DNA of 64,000 bases from an uncultured Dehalococcoidia bacterium. GTDB taxonomy: Bacteria; Chloroflexota; Dehalococcoidia; Lucifugimonadales; UBA3495. A program made the translations under genes and the position numbers. Below the pieces are notes generated by a model. It had not been told where the DNA came from. It worked only from the letters and a program-made list of their open reading frames with translations, and searched no databases. Of the stretch, positions 26,283 to 35,504 are shown piece after piece; positions within the stretch are counted from its first letter, which is position 1, and each line of letters begins with the position of its first letter. The DNA lies in NCBI GenBank assembly GCA_958296445.1, contig OY282565.1, forward strand, positions 721,936-785,935. Reading direction: 5' to 3'.

Positions 26283-27095
26283 TCAGGAATACAGGAATTG
26301 CCATTCGATGCTGCCGAGGCCGAAGCGGATGCGGCGGAAGGCTTCGGTGTGGTCTAGGCCGGTCAGTTCCTTGTAGCGGCCGGCGTTGTTGGCGATGCGG
26401 GACAGGCGCTCCTCGGTGGTGGCCGGGGACATCTGGCTGGCGTGGGCTTCTAGGGACAGTGTTTTGGCCTCTAGGTAGTCGCTGATTTCGATGAACACGT
26501 CGGGCGACTCGCTGCCCCACATATACGCCTGCTCTACCCGGTGGGGTTGCAGCCCTTCCTCGGTGATTTGCTCCGGGAAATGCCGGTAGCTCCAGGCGTA
26601 GGTAAAGGCCGCGTCCAGGGCCACCCGCCCGCTCATCCGGTGGTCGCGGTGGGTGTGGCTGGTGCTGCGGTAGGGGTCAATGCACAGAATCAGGTCGGGG
26701 CGGTAGCGGCGTATTTCCCGCGTTACTTGGCTGCGGAACAGCATAGTGTCTTCCAGGCCGCCGTCGGGATAGCGCAGAAACACGATGTCTTTGGCGCCCA
26801 CGATGTCCGACGCGGCCCGCTGCTCGACCTCGCGGGTGGCGGCCAGCCGCTCCGGGGTGAGGCCGCGCTCCGAGGTGCCTTTGTTGCCGTTGGTGCACAT
26901 CACCACCACGGCTTCGGTGCCGAACTCCTTGACCCACTTAGCCAGCGCCCCGCCGCAGCCGCCTTCGCAGTCGTCGGGATGGGGCGTAACCGCCAGGGCC
27001 ACCCGGGGGGCGGTGGTGACTATCTCAAAACCGTCGCCCGACGCACTGCCGGGCGCGGTGGGGCCGGACATACCGAACTGCGTGTTTTGGAGCAT
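26283..27095 (-). CDS. PIG-L/LmbE-family N-acetylglucosaminyl deacetylase
   Basis: VALAVTPHPDDCEGGCGGALAKW...YPDGGLED...HTHRDHRMSG. Confidence 0.8.
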   Translation of the reverse strand: MLQNTQFGMSGPTAPGSASGDGFEIVTTAPRVALAVTPHPDDCEGGCGGALAKWVKEFGTEAVVVMCTNGNKGTSERGLTPERLAATREVEQRAASDIVGAKDIVFLRYPDGGLEDTMLFRSQVTREIRRYRPDLILCIDPYRSTSHTHRDHRMSGRVALDAAFTYAWSYRHFPEQITEEGLQPHRVEQAYMWGSESPDVFIEISDYLEAKTLSLEAHASQMSPATTEERLSRIANNAGRYKELTGLDHTEAFRRIRFGLGSIEWQFLYS

Positions 27096-27119
27096 TGCCG
27101 TTTTCCCCTTTGAAGCCCG

Positions 27120-27560
27120 CTAATTTCGATTGTGCCTTCTGAACAGCCTTGTAGCCCATATTGACAGAATGACGGCGGAGAAAATTCCGATAAAAGGTTG
27201 CACTGTGCCAACCCACTTGGCCCATCCGGTTGGCTCCGGCGCCCAACTGCCGTAACCCAGCGCAGTAAAGGATACCAAGCTATAATACAGTGCCGTTTTC
27301 AATGCCGGATGTCCGATTTGCGAATTTTCGCCATCGGACTCCAGCACGAAGTAGCCGAACTGCCAGTATAATAACCATATAGCTACAAATACTGCGGCAA
27401 TGACAATCAGAATCCTGCCCGGCTCTTCGCCATAAGCGAGCAATAACTTCCACGCGAACCAGAAAGAAGCCGATATAACCTTGCCCGCGATTCGGAAAGG
27501 AACCAGCAAAGGCTTGAGGCATCGTCCCAATGATGACAGGAATCCCCGTAACCTATTCAC
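27120..27560 (-). CDS. two-TM potassium-channel-like pore protein (Ion_trans_2-type)
   Basis: Hydrophobic helices flank ALYYSLVSFTALGYG, a TxGYG selectivity-filter-like motif. Lower GC than the flanks. Confidence 0.65.
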   Translation of the reverse strand: MNRLRGFLSSLGRCLKPLLVPFRIAGKVISASFWFAWKLLLAYGEEPGRILIVIAAVFVAIWLLYWQFGYFVLESDGENSQIGHPALKTALYYSLVSFTALGYGSWAPEPTGWAKWVGTVQPFIGIFSAVILSIWATRLFRRHNRN

Positions 27561-27581
27561 GAGTTACACATCACTAGGCAA

Positions 27582-28508
27582 TTAACCGTTATTGCCGCTT
27601 CTTCTCAAACCTTTCCAAACTTGCGTCAGAAAAGTGCGCAGTCCCGAAAATTCGTCAGTCAATGACTTCAGCTGAGCCTTGCGCCTGGCTTCCATTTCCC
27701 TATAGCGGAACTTGCTGGCAATGCTAAAAAATCCGGCCGCTTCGTGCCACTCTCCTATCTGGCGATATTGAGCTATCGCTGCCTGATAGTCGCCATTATA
27801 TTCTAAGGCGTTAATATAATCTTTTCCCCAATTCACTGCTTCGAGCCGGGTTCCAGGCGAAATGAAGGCGCCGATAAAATTGGCGTCCTGCAAATTCACG
27901 TGGCTCAGGTCGGAGTCGATGATCCGGGCGGATTTCAGAGAGGCCGCCGTTAATATCGCGTACTGCAACGTGGCGTCATTCAGCTTGGCCCAATCTAGGT
28001 TGGCTTCTTTCAAGTCGGCATAAGACAGGTCGGATCCTTGAAGGTTGCTTCTGATCATAATGGCTTGGTTGAGGCTGGCCCACCGGAAATCGGAGCGCGA
28101 CAGGTTTGCCAAATTCAGGTGAGCGCCGTCAAGCTGTGTGGGCTGAACCGACATTATCCCATTGTGTAAGTTGCCGGTGTGCCAGTCGTTGAGCGCCGCT
28201 GGGTAGGCCAAATCTCCGATAGGCAGGGTTTTGCCGCTTTTGAGGGTTATCAGGGGCATGGCTATTGCGCCTTCCAGATTGCAGCCGGAGAGAATGGAGT
28301 TTCGCAAGTCCATTCCCCGCAGGTCAATCCCGCGCATATCCAAGCCGGATAGCAACCCACGCTTTCCGTATTGCTTAAGCAGCCCTTTTAGCTTGCTCCG
28401 TACCAGAGGCCGCACCTGTTGGCCGTTCTGGATTATTCCCCAATCGCAGAGGGTTTTTCGCACGGGGTTAGGGATTTGGCCGGTTTCGTCATCGCTGATC
28501 ATCGCCAC
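27582..28508 (-). CDS. pentapeptide-repeat protein
   Basis: LSGLDMRGIDLRGMDLRNSILSGCNLEGA... and ANLSRSDFRWASLNQAIMIRSNLQGSDLSYADLKEANLDWAKLNDATL... (A(D/N)LxX repeats). Lower GC than the flanks. Confidence 0.85.
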   Translation of the reverse strand: MAMISDDETGQIPNPVRKTLCDWGIIQNGQQVRPLVRSKLKGLLKQYGKRGLLSGLDMRGIDLRGMDLRNSILSGCNLEGAIAMPLITLKSGKTLPIGDLAYPAALNDWHTGNLHNGIMSVQPTQLDGAHLNLANLSRSDFRWASLNQAIMIRSNLQGSDLSYADLKEANLDWAKLNDATLQYAILTAASLKSARIIDSDLSHVNLQDANFIGAFISPGTRLEAVNWGKDYINALEYNGDYQAAIAQYRQIGEWHEAAGFFSIASKFRYREMEARRKAQLKSLTDEFSGLRTFLTQVWKGLRRSGNNG

Positions 28509-28512
28509 GCCC

Positions 28513-29226
28513 CTACCCGCCCAGGGTCACCGAGCGGCCTAGGTCGGTGGCGGCGTAGCGGCCGGAGCGGCCGGGGATGCGCTCGAGCCAGCCGAATTTG
28601 GAGCGGGCGGCGTTGCGCAGCGTTTGGGTGAAGCTGTTGGCCCGGCGCCAGCCGGCTAGGTCGAACAGCTCGCCCAATTCGTCGGCGTTCACCCCTTCCG
28701 CCTGGAAAAAGCGGCTGGCCGCCTCCGCCGCCACCACCACCCGGCGCATATCGCCCATAGGGTTGATGGCCTGGCAGAAGGCGATGTAGTCCGAGCGCGA
28801 TTCCGGCGTCTGGCTTTCCAGATACAGCCCGTCGTCGTCGGCTTCGTTGGCGGGAAGCATCGGCGCGGCGAACCCGGCGGCGGCGCTGACGGCGGGGGCG
28901 GGCGCGGGGGGAGCAGGGGCGGGCGGGGCGGCCTGCGCCGGTTCGCCGCCGTAGGGCTGCCGGTTCGCAACCGCGCCGTTGGACGGGGGCGGAGCGGCGG
29001 GCGGCGCGGGCGTTACATCCGTACTTTTTTCCCCATCGGCGTTGTGTTCGCCATTTTGTCCGTTGGGTACGGCGGGGGGGGCGGCGGGCGCGGGTGTATT
29101 CCCCGGCGCGGCGGCTAGGGGAAAGCCGTTCAGCACCATACCCAATACGCCTTGAATGAACTCCGATTCCTCGGATTCCAGCGTAATCTGGGTGCTGTTA
29201 GGCAAGGATATGGATAATTTCACCAT
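28513..29226 (-). CDS. hypothetical protein (N-terminal small domain, Pro/Ala-rich linker, C-terminal unknown domain)
   Basis: 237 aa. Its stop lies 4 nt from the start of the pentapeptide gene. No family recognised. Confidence 0.55.
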   Translation of the reverse strand: MVKLSISLPNSTQITLESEESEFIQGVLGMVLNGFPLAAAPGNTPAPAAPPAVPNGQNGEHNADGEKSTDVTPAPPAAPPPSNGAVANRQPYGGEPAQAAPPAPAPPAPAPAVSAAAGFAAPMLPANEADDDGLYLESQTPESRSDYIAFCQAINPMGDMRRVVVAAEAASRFFQAEGVNADELGELFDLAGWRRANSFTQTLRNAARSKFGWLERIPGRSGRYAATDLGRSVTLGG

Positions 29227-29484
29227 CTCTCACACATCAAGCCCGGCGGTTTTGCGGCCCCTGCCGGATTGCCCTGCTGCCTTGCCGGTCGCCTTGCCCG
29301 GTTGCTTTGCCCGGTTGCTTTGTATAATACTCCGGGCGGCGGCTGATGCCAAGTACTTGCATTACCAATTTACCCGTCCGGCCAGCTTTATTACACCGGA
29401 AAGGGGCGGAAAAGGGAACACAGGGGCAGTTCCGCGTTACATAAATGTAACATCCGAACCGAGGCAACCGGGGCGGCCGGGCGG

Positions 29485-31389
29485 CTAGACCGTCTGCTTG
29501 AGGCGGATGGCGAGGGAGCGGGTCATACCGGGGACAGCGGCGATTTCGTCCAGCGCCGCTTCCTTGATGCCCTTGAGGGAGCCGAAACGGCGCAGCAACA
29601 TTCGCTTGCGTTTCGGCCCGATGCCGCTGACCAGGTCAATGGGCGAGCCGAGGCTGCCTTTGCTGCGCAGGTTGCGGTGGTAGGTGATGGCGAAGCGGTG
29701 GGCCTCATCGCGGATGCGCTGAACTAGGTAGAGGGCCTGCGAGTCGCGGGGCAGGATGATGGGTTCGGGGGTGTGCGGCACGAAAAGCCATTCGTTTTCT
29801 TTAGCCAGGGACGCCAAGGGGATGTCGTCCAGCCCCAGCTCCAGCATAACCTCAAGGGCCGCCGAAAGCTGGCCCTTGCCGCCGTCTATCAGCACTAGGT
29901 CGGGAACGGCGGCCCAGCCGTCCTGCACTGCGGGAAGGGCGCCGGCGCCATCGGCGTACTCGCTGTTGCCGGCGGACTGGCGGGCCGCGGCCAGCCGCTT
30001 GAAACGGCGGCGCAGCACCTCGCGCATACTCTCGAAATCGTCCACGCCGTCCACCGTCTTTATCTTGAAACGGCGGTATTGGGAACGCTTGGGGCGGCCT
30101 TCCTCAAAGACCACCATACTGCCCACCGAGTTGCTGCCCTGGATGTGGGAAATGTCGTAGCACTCCATCCGGCGCAGGGGCAGGGGCAAGGAAAGCTCTT
30201 CCTCCAGCTCGGCCATTGCCTGCTGGATGATGTCTTGGTTGTCCAGCCACTTGATGCGGTGCTGGGCCAGGCCCTGGCGGGCGTTGTCGGCCACGGACTC
30301 CACCAGTTGCCGGTTCACGCCGCGCTGGGGCCACACCAGTTGCACCGCCCCGCCGCGCAGCCCGCGCAGCCACTGGGCCACCAGCTCTTGATCTTCCAAT
30401 GGATGCTGGACGATGATTCGCGGCGGGATGGTCAGGGCGGAGCCGTAGAACTGCTTGATAAACTGGCCGATAACCACGCCGGGGGTGTCATCCTGGGCGC
30501 CGTCCATAAAGAAATGCTCGCGCCCGATGAGCTTGCCCTTGCGGATGAAAAAGACTTCCACCCAAGCCTCGGCAGAACCTTGGGCTAGGGCGATTACGTC
30601 CATACCGGCCTGCCAGGCCAAGTTGCCCCCGGCGGCGGGGTTGGAGTCCACCTTAATGCGCCGTTCCTCGGCCACCCGCTCAACCGCCTTGATGCGGTCG
30701 CGCAGCACCGCCGCCCGCTCGAATTCCAGCCGCTCGGCGGCCAGGGTCATATTCTCTGCTAGGTCGCGGGTGACGGCGTCGGTGTCGCCCTCCATAAACA
30801 TAATGACCTGTTCGATGACCCTGGCGTAGTCCTCGCGGCTGGCGTAGCCGGTGCAGGGGGCTACGCAGCGGTTGATGTGATACTCAAGGCAGGGGCGCGG
30901 GTCGGCGCCGGTAATCGTCTTGGTGCAGGAGCGGTAGGGGAACAGCCGTTTCACCAAGTCCATAGACTTGCGGACGGTGTTGGCGGTGGCGAAAGGCCCG
31001 AAGTAGCGGGCTCCGTCCTTGACCACCCGGCGGGTGATATAGACGCGGGGGAAGTCCTCGTTCAGGTCTATTTTCAGGTAGGGGTAAGTCTTGTCGTCCT
31101 TGAGGCGGGCGTTGTAGCGGGGCTTGTAGCGCTTAATCAGGGTGTTTTCCAGAATCAGGGCTTCGGCTTCGGTGTCGGTGACGATGTACTCGAAATCGCG
31201 GACGTGGCCCATCATCCGCCGGGTCTTGCCGGGCTGGGCGGCGGGCGAGCCGAAGTAGCTGCGGAGCCGGTTTCGTAGCACACTGGCTTTGCCGACATAC
31301 AGCACCGCACCCCGGGCGTCCTTCATCAGGTAGACGCCGGGGCGTTCCGGGGTGGCCTGAAGCCGTTGTTCGGCCAGAGGAAGCGGCAT
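29485..31389 (-). CDS. uvrC: excinuclease ABC subunit C
   Basis: GIY-YIG N-terminus (PGVYLMKDARGAVLYVGKA...L.NRLRSYF), a UvrB-binding region and a C-terminal (HhH)2 (LVSGIGPKRKRMLLRRFGSLKGIKEA). Confidence 0.95.
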   Translation of the reverse strand: MPLPLAEQRLQATPERPGVYLMKDARGAVLYVGKASVLRNRLRSYFGSPAAQPGKTRRMMGHVRDFEYIVTDTEAEALILENTLIKRYKPRYNARLKDDKTYPYLKIDLNEDFPRVYITRRVVKDGARYFGPFATANTVRKSMDLVKRLFPYRSCTKTITGADPRPCLEYHINRCVAPCTGYASREDYARVIEQVIMFMEGDTDAVTRDLAENMTLAAERLEFERAAVLRDRIKAVERVAEERRIKVDSNPAAGGNLAWQAGMDVIALAQGSAEAWVEVFFIRKGKLIGREHFFMDGAQDDTPGVVIGQFIKQFYGSALTIPPRIIVQHPLEDQELVAQWLRGLRGGAVQLVWPQRGVNRQLVESVADNARQGLAQHRIKWLDNQDIIQQAMAELEEELSLPLPLRRMECYDISHIQGSNSVGSMVVFEEGRPKRSQYRRFKIKTVDGVDDFESMREVLRRRFKRLAAARQSAGNSEYADGAGALPAVQDGWAAVPDLVLIDGGKGQLSAALEVMLELGLDDIPLASLAKENEWLFVPHTPEPIILPRDSQALYLVQRIRDEAHRFAITYHRNLRSKGSLGSPIDLVSGIGPKRKRMLLRRFGSLKGIKEAALDEIAAVPGMTRSLAIRLKQTV

Positions 31390-31410
31390 AAAAGCCTGCG
31401 CGGCAGGATA

Positions 31411-31794
31411 TTACAGTACGATGGCGAGGACGATGAGGGCGGTCAGCACCGCGGTTGAGAGTATGCCGATGCGCCGGAGTTCAGCCCCGACGTAGTTGTA
31501 GGCGGCGGGGCGCTCGCCGCGGATGCGGCCCGCGCCGCGGGGCTGAACGGCGTTCTGCGAGGACGGACGCCGGGCCGCGGCGACGGATGCCGTCGGCGCC
31601 GGGGCGGCCGGCTGCCCGGCGGCCGGGGCGGCGACGCTTACGGCGGTTTCCACGGCAGTAGCGGCCGCTCCGCCGCCGTTCTGCTGCGGCTGCGACGGGA
31701 CGGCGGGGATGCCGCTGGGCCCGCGCTGGGCCCGCTTTCGGCGGCGGCTCAATTCACCTTGCCGGGCCGCGACCCGGCGGGATTTGCCAGCCAT
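31411..31794 (-). CDS. hypothetical tail-anchored membrane protein
   Basis: Basic N-terminus, Ala/Pro-rich middle, and a C-terminal TM segment ILSTAVLTALIVLAIVL. Confidence 0.45.
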   Translation of the reverse strand: MAGKSRRVAARQGELSRRRKRAQRGPSGIPAVPSQPQQNGGGAAATAVETAVSVAAPAAGQPAAPAPTASVAAARRPSSQNAVQPRGAGRIRGERPAAYNYVGAELRRIGILSTAVLTALIVLAIVL

Positions 31795-32137
31795 AACAAT
31801 ACACCTCGGGGAGAGGGTACGGACGCCGGGCGGCCCGGTTCAGCCCGCCAAAGGGCGGGGGCGCTCCGGCGGTATTTTCGGAAGTTCACTAACTAATATA
31901 CCAGCAAACCGGGCAAAAAGGCAGTCTAGCGCCGGGCAGTTATGGTCAACGTGGATTCCCGCGCCCCACCCGTGGGTTCCCGCCTGCGCGGGAATGACGG
32001 GGGGCGCGGGAATGAGGCAGGGGGAATGGCGCAGCTAGGAATGGCGCAGCTAGGGAATGACAACGGGCGCGGCTTGGTCATTGAGGGGGAATTACGCCGG
32101 GCGCGGCTTGGTCATTGCCGGTTTGGGTTGGGAACAG

Positions 32138-33058
32138 CTAGGCCCGGGGGTGGCTCTTTTCGTATTCCTCGCGCACGTAGGGGCTGGTTAGGTGGGTGTA
32201 AACCTGAGTGGTGGAGATGCTGGAGTGGCCCAGCAGTTCCTGGACGTGGCGGAGGGAGGCCCCGTTTTGGAGCAGGTGGGTGGCGAAGCTGTGGCGCAGC
32301 GTGTGGGGCGTGATGCTCGACTTGATTCCGGCGGCCTGGGCGTAGCTTTTGAGGATTGACCATACCCATTGCCGGGTCAGCCGCTCGCCCCGGTGATTCA
32401 CGAACAGGGCGGGTTCCTGCTTGCGGTTGCCCAGCAGCGCCAGCCGGGCGTTTTTCATATACCGCATCAGCTCTTGCAGGGCTTTGGGGTAGAGGTGGAC
32501 GATGCGCTCTTTGGATCCTTTGCCCAGACAGCGGATATAGGATTCCTCGGTGTTGACGTCGGCCACGTTCAGCGACACCAGCTCGCCCACTCGCAGGCCG
32601 GTGGCGTAGAGCAGCTCCATAATCACCGCGTCGCGCTGCCCCTCGTTGGTGGCGGGCTTGTAGCTCGCTTCCAGCAGCTTGGTGATTTCGTCCTCGGTGA
32701 GGAACTTGGGCAGCGACCGGCCCACCTTGGGAGTGCCTAGGGATTCTGAGGGATCTTCGGTGATGATGCCGTTTTCCGCCATAAATCCGAAAAAGGACTT
32801 GACCGACGCCACCTTGCGGGCGGTGGTGGCGTTGCGGTATCCCTTGCGGTCTTTCAGGTCGGTGATGTACTGGTTCAGGGTGTCAATGTCCACCCGTGTC
32901 CAGTCATAGGCACCCTTGCCGTCGCCGGGGCCGCCGCCTCTCTGGGTCAGGAACTCGGAAAACTGGGACAGGTCGTTGCGGTAGGCGTCGCAGGTGTTCT
33001 GGGAGAAACCCTTTTCCACAAGGAGATGCTGTAGGAAAGAGGAAATAGTGCGCTCCAT
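32138..33058 (-). CDS. site-specific tyrosine recombinase XerC/XerD type
   Basis: FLQHLLVEKGFSQNTCDAYRNDLSQF...GLRVGELVSL...HTLRHSFATHLLQNGASLRHVQELLGHSSISTTQVYTHL. Confidence 0.9.
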   Translation of the reverse strand: MERTISSFLQHLLVEKGFSQNTCDAYRNDLSQFSEFLTQRGGGPGDGKGAYDWTRVDIDTLNQYITDLKDRKGYRNATTARKVASVKSFFGFMAENGIITEDPSESLGTPKVGRSLPKFLTEDEITKLLEASYKPATNEGQRDAVIMELLYATGLRVGELVSLNVADVNTEESYIRCLGKGSKERIVHLYPKALQELMRYMKNARLALLGNRKQEPALFVNHRGERLTRQWVWSILKSYAQAAGIKSSITPHTLRHSFATHLLQNGASLRHVQELLGHSSISTTQVYTHLTSPYVREEYEKSHPRA

Positions 33059-33353
33059 AAACTCGTATCCTTTCGCCGAAGCGTAAAACAGATGAACAAG
33101 TCATCGCCCGTTGGCCCTTGCTTTGGGCGGGATGCCTGTCCAGTACTGCGGCGGATACTAGCACAGCCCGCCGCGCCCGCTACGATTGGAGCGTGTGCGG
33201 AATTTTCGGAATTTAACCAAAATTGAACTGCGGCCAATTCACCCCTGCCGCTTACAGGAAACGCCCCGGCGGGCAAATTCCGCTGTCCCTGAGCTGGTCC
33301 AAGGGTGAACGGAATTTGACCGCCGGGGCGGGCGGGAACGGCGGGGCTTGGGG

Positions 33354-34550
33354 TTACGCCGCCAGCAGCACGGTGCCGGTGGATGACAGGGAGCCGCCGG
33401 TGCCGTTGACGATGGACGTTTGGGCCGGCTGGCCGGGGGCGCGTTTGCTCATCACCTGCCGCTGGCCGCATTCGCCCCGGAGCTGGCGCACTGCTTCCAC
33501 CAGCAGGAATATGCCGTACATCCCCGGATGGGTGTAGGACAGCCCGCCGCCGCTGGTGTTCAGCGGGAAGTCGCCGCCCGGCGCGGTGCGCTGGCTGGCT
33601 ACGAAGTCGGCGGCCTCGCCCGGCCCGCAGAAGCCCAGCGACTCCAGAGTGACCATTACGGTGTAGGTGAAGGAGTCGTAAATCATCGCCAAGTCTAGGT
33701 CATCGTGGGACAGGCCGGCCCGGGCCATGGCCCGCGGCCCCGACTCCCGGGCCGGGGTGACGGTGTAGGACGGCATCTGGCTTACGATGTTATGGTCGTG
33801 GGATTCGCCGCCGCCCAGCACCCAGACGGGCTGCTTGCGGCAGTTGGCGGCCCGCTCCGCCGTGGTGACGATTACTGCCGCGCCGCTGTCGGTGACTAGG
33901 CAGCAGTCCAATAGGTGGAAGGGCCAGGACACCCAGCGCGAATTGTGGTAATCGTCAAAGCTCATTGGCGTATCGTGCATTTGGGCTACCGGGTTCAGGT
34001 TGGCCCACTTGCGGGTGGCTACGGCGATTTCCGCCATACCTTGCCGCGTGCGTTCCTCGCCATACTCGTGCATATAGCGGGTGCAGGCCATTGAGTAGTT
34101 GACCGGGGCGCCGATGATGCCGTAGGGGGCCTCATACATTGCCGCCGGCAGGTTCCCGTCGGCTGGCACGCGCACCCGCGTTGAGCGCCCGGCCTGCCCG
34201 TGGGTAATCAGGGCCGTTTCGCAGTAACCGGCGCGGATGGCGGCTACGGCGTGGGCCACGTGGATGACGAAAGAGGAGCCGCCGACGTAGGTGCTGTCGG
34301 TGAACACCGGCTCGATGCCGAAATACTCCGCCGTAGCCAGAGTTGAAAACCCGGCGGTCAGGATGCCGTCAATGTCGCGCATCGAAAGCCCGGCGTCGGC
34401 CAGCGCGTTATGGGCGGCCTCGGCGTGGTGCTGCAACGACGACTTGCCCGGCACATTGCCCATAACGTCGGACTCGGCAACCCCCACGATAGCGATGTCC
34501 CGGGGAGCAGACCCGTTAGAAGTCACAACAAACCCCCAAAAATCCAGCAA
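33354..34550 (-). CDS. thiolase-family protein (SCP-x/lipid-transfer-type thiolase)
   Basis: IAIVGVAESD...; ...SGGGLSYTHPGMYGIFLLVEAVRQLRGECG. The exact start is uncertain. Confidence 0.75.
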   Translation of the reverse strand: MLDFWGFVVTSNGSAPRDIAIVGVAESDVMGNVPGKSSLQHHAEAAHNALADAGLSMRDIDGILTAGFSTLATAEYFGIEPVFTDSTYVGGSSFVIHVAHAVAAIRAGYCETALITHGQAGRSTRVRVPADGNLPAAMYEAPYGIIGAPVNYSMACTRYMHEYGEERTRQGMAEIAVATRKWANLNPVAQMHDTPMSFDDYHNSRWVSWPFHLLDCCLVTDSGAAVIVTTAERAANCRKQPVWVLGGGESHDHNIVSQMPSYTVTPARESGPRAMARAGLSHDDLDLAMIYDSFTYTVMVTLESLGFCGPGEAADFVASQRTAPGGDFPLNTSGGGLSYTHPGMYGIFLLVEAVRQLRGECGQRQVMSKRAPGQPAQTSIVNGTGGSLSSTGTVLLAA

Positions 34551-34648
34551 ATGATGGGCCTGATACTACAATACCGCCGCCCCCGCCACAAGCGGGGCAT
34601 ACCGCCGGTTCCCGCCCCGCCCCGCCCATTCCCGGTTATTCTGGCCGT

Positions 34649-34813
34649 CTGTCATTCTGAGCAAAGCGAAGAATCCCGCCCTGCGCGGTGAGACCCTTCG
34701 CTACGCTCAGGGTGACAAAGGGGTTGCTCAGGGCGACAAAGGGGCAGGGTGACAAAGGGGTTGCTCAGGGCGGCAAAGGGGCAGGGCGGCAAAGGGGAAT
34801 TTCGCAATTTTCT
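34649..34813. repeat. composite intergenic repeat (GAGCAAAGCGAAG family) with GGTGACAAAGGGG sub-repeats
   Basis: ctgtcattctgagcaaagcgaagaatcccgcc...gagacccttcgctacgctcagggtgacaaagggg...ggggaatttcgcaattttctc. Confidence 0.85.
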
Positions 34814-34889
34814 CCGTTTTCCCGGCCAACACTAGCGGCCCGGCGTGCTAAAATACTCATTTATTTCAATGCCGAACTCCAGAGGGGAT

Positions 34890-35444
34890 ATGCCGAGCAA
34901 CTTCTGGATGATTATCAACAATGAGCGCAATTTCAGGATTACCCAGGGCTTGGGGTTCTCGGTGATGGGGCTGAAAGCGCAGCACCGCCGCAAGGTTCAG
35001 CGTATTTCCGATGGCGACCGCATTTTGATGTATCTCAGCCACCGGCGCTGTTTCGCCGCCACGGTCACGGCCACCTCGGGCTATTTCGAGGTCGAGGATA
35101 CGATTTGGGAGAAGGAAGGCCGGGCCGGGTTTCCCTTCCGGGTCAACATCCGTCCCGAAATCGTGTTGCAGGATGAGCAGTTTATGGACGCCAACCTCAT
35201 CGCGCCAAGGCTGGATTACGTGAAACGCTGGGCGCCCGAGGACTGGTATATGGCCTTTCAAGGCAACCTGCACCTGCTGCCCAAGAGCGACTTCCTGCTA
35301 ATCGAAGAGGAAATGAAAAAGCTGCACTACGCCGGGGATTACGAACCAACCCCGATAATCCCCACCCGCCCGCAGCAACGCCGCCGCCGCTCCGGCGCCC
35401 GCAAACCCGCCGCCGAAACCCCGCCGCCCGCGCCCCGGCGTTAG
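34890..35444 (+). CDS. EVE/PUA-like domain protein (UPF0310-like)
   Basis: FWMIINNERNFRITQGLGFSVMG...ISDGDRILMY...FAATVTATSGYFEVEDTIW...FPFRVNIRP... parallels the archaeal UPF0310 pattern (YWIcItN.eNw......WGv...v.pGD.l.iY). The C-terminal tail is basic. The start could be 34869. Confidence 0.55.
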   Translation: MPSNFWMIINNERNFRITQGLGFSVMGLKAQHRRKVQRISDGDRILMYLSHRRCFAATVTATSGYFEVEDTIWEKEGRAGFPFRVNIRPEIVLQDEQFMDANLIAPRLDYVKRWAPEDWYMAFQGNLHLLPKSDFLLIEEEMKKLHYAGDYEPTPIIPTRPQQRRRRSGARKPAAETPPPAPRR

Positions 35445-35504
35445 CGGCGCAAAACCAAATCTCCCGCGGATATTCGCCTAATCCCCTCCCCCTCCGGGGG
35501 AGGG

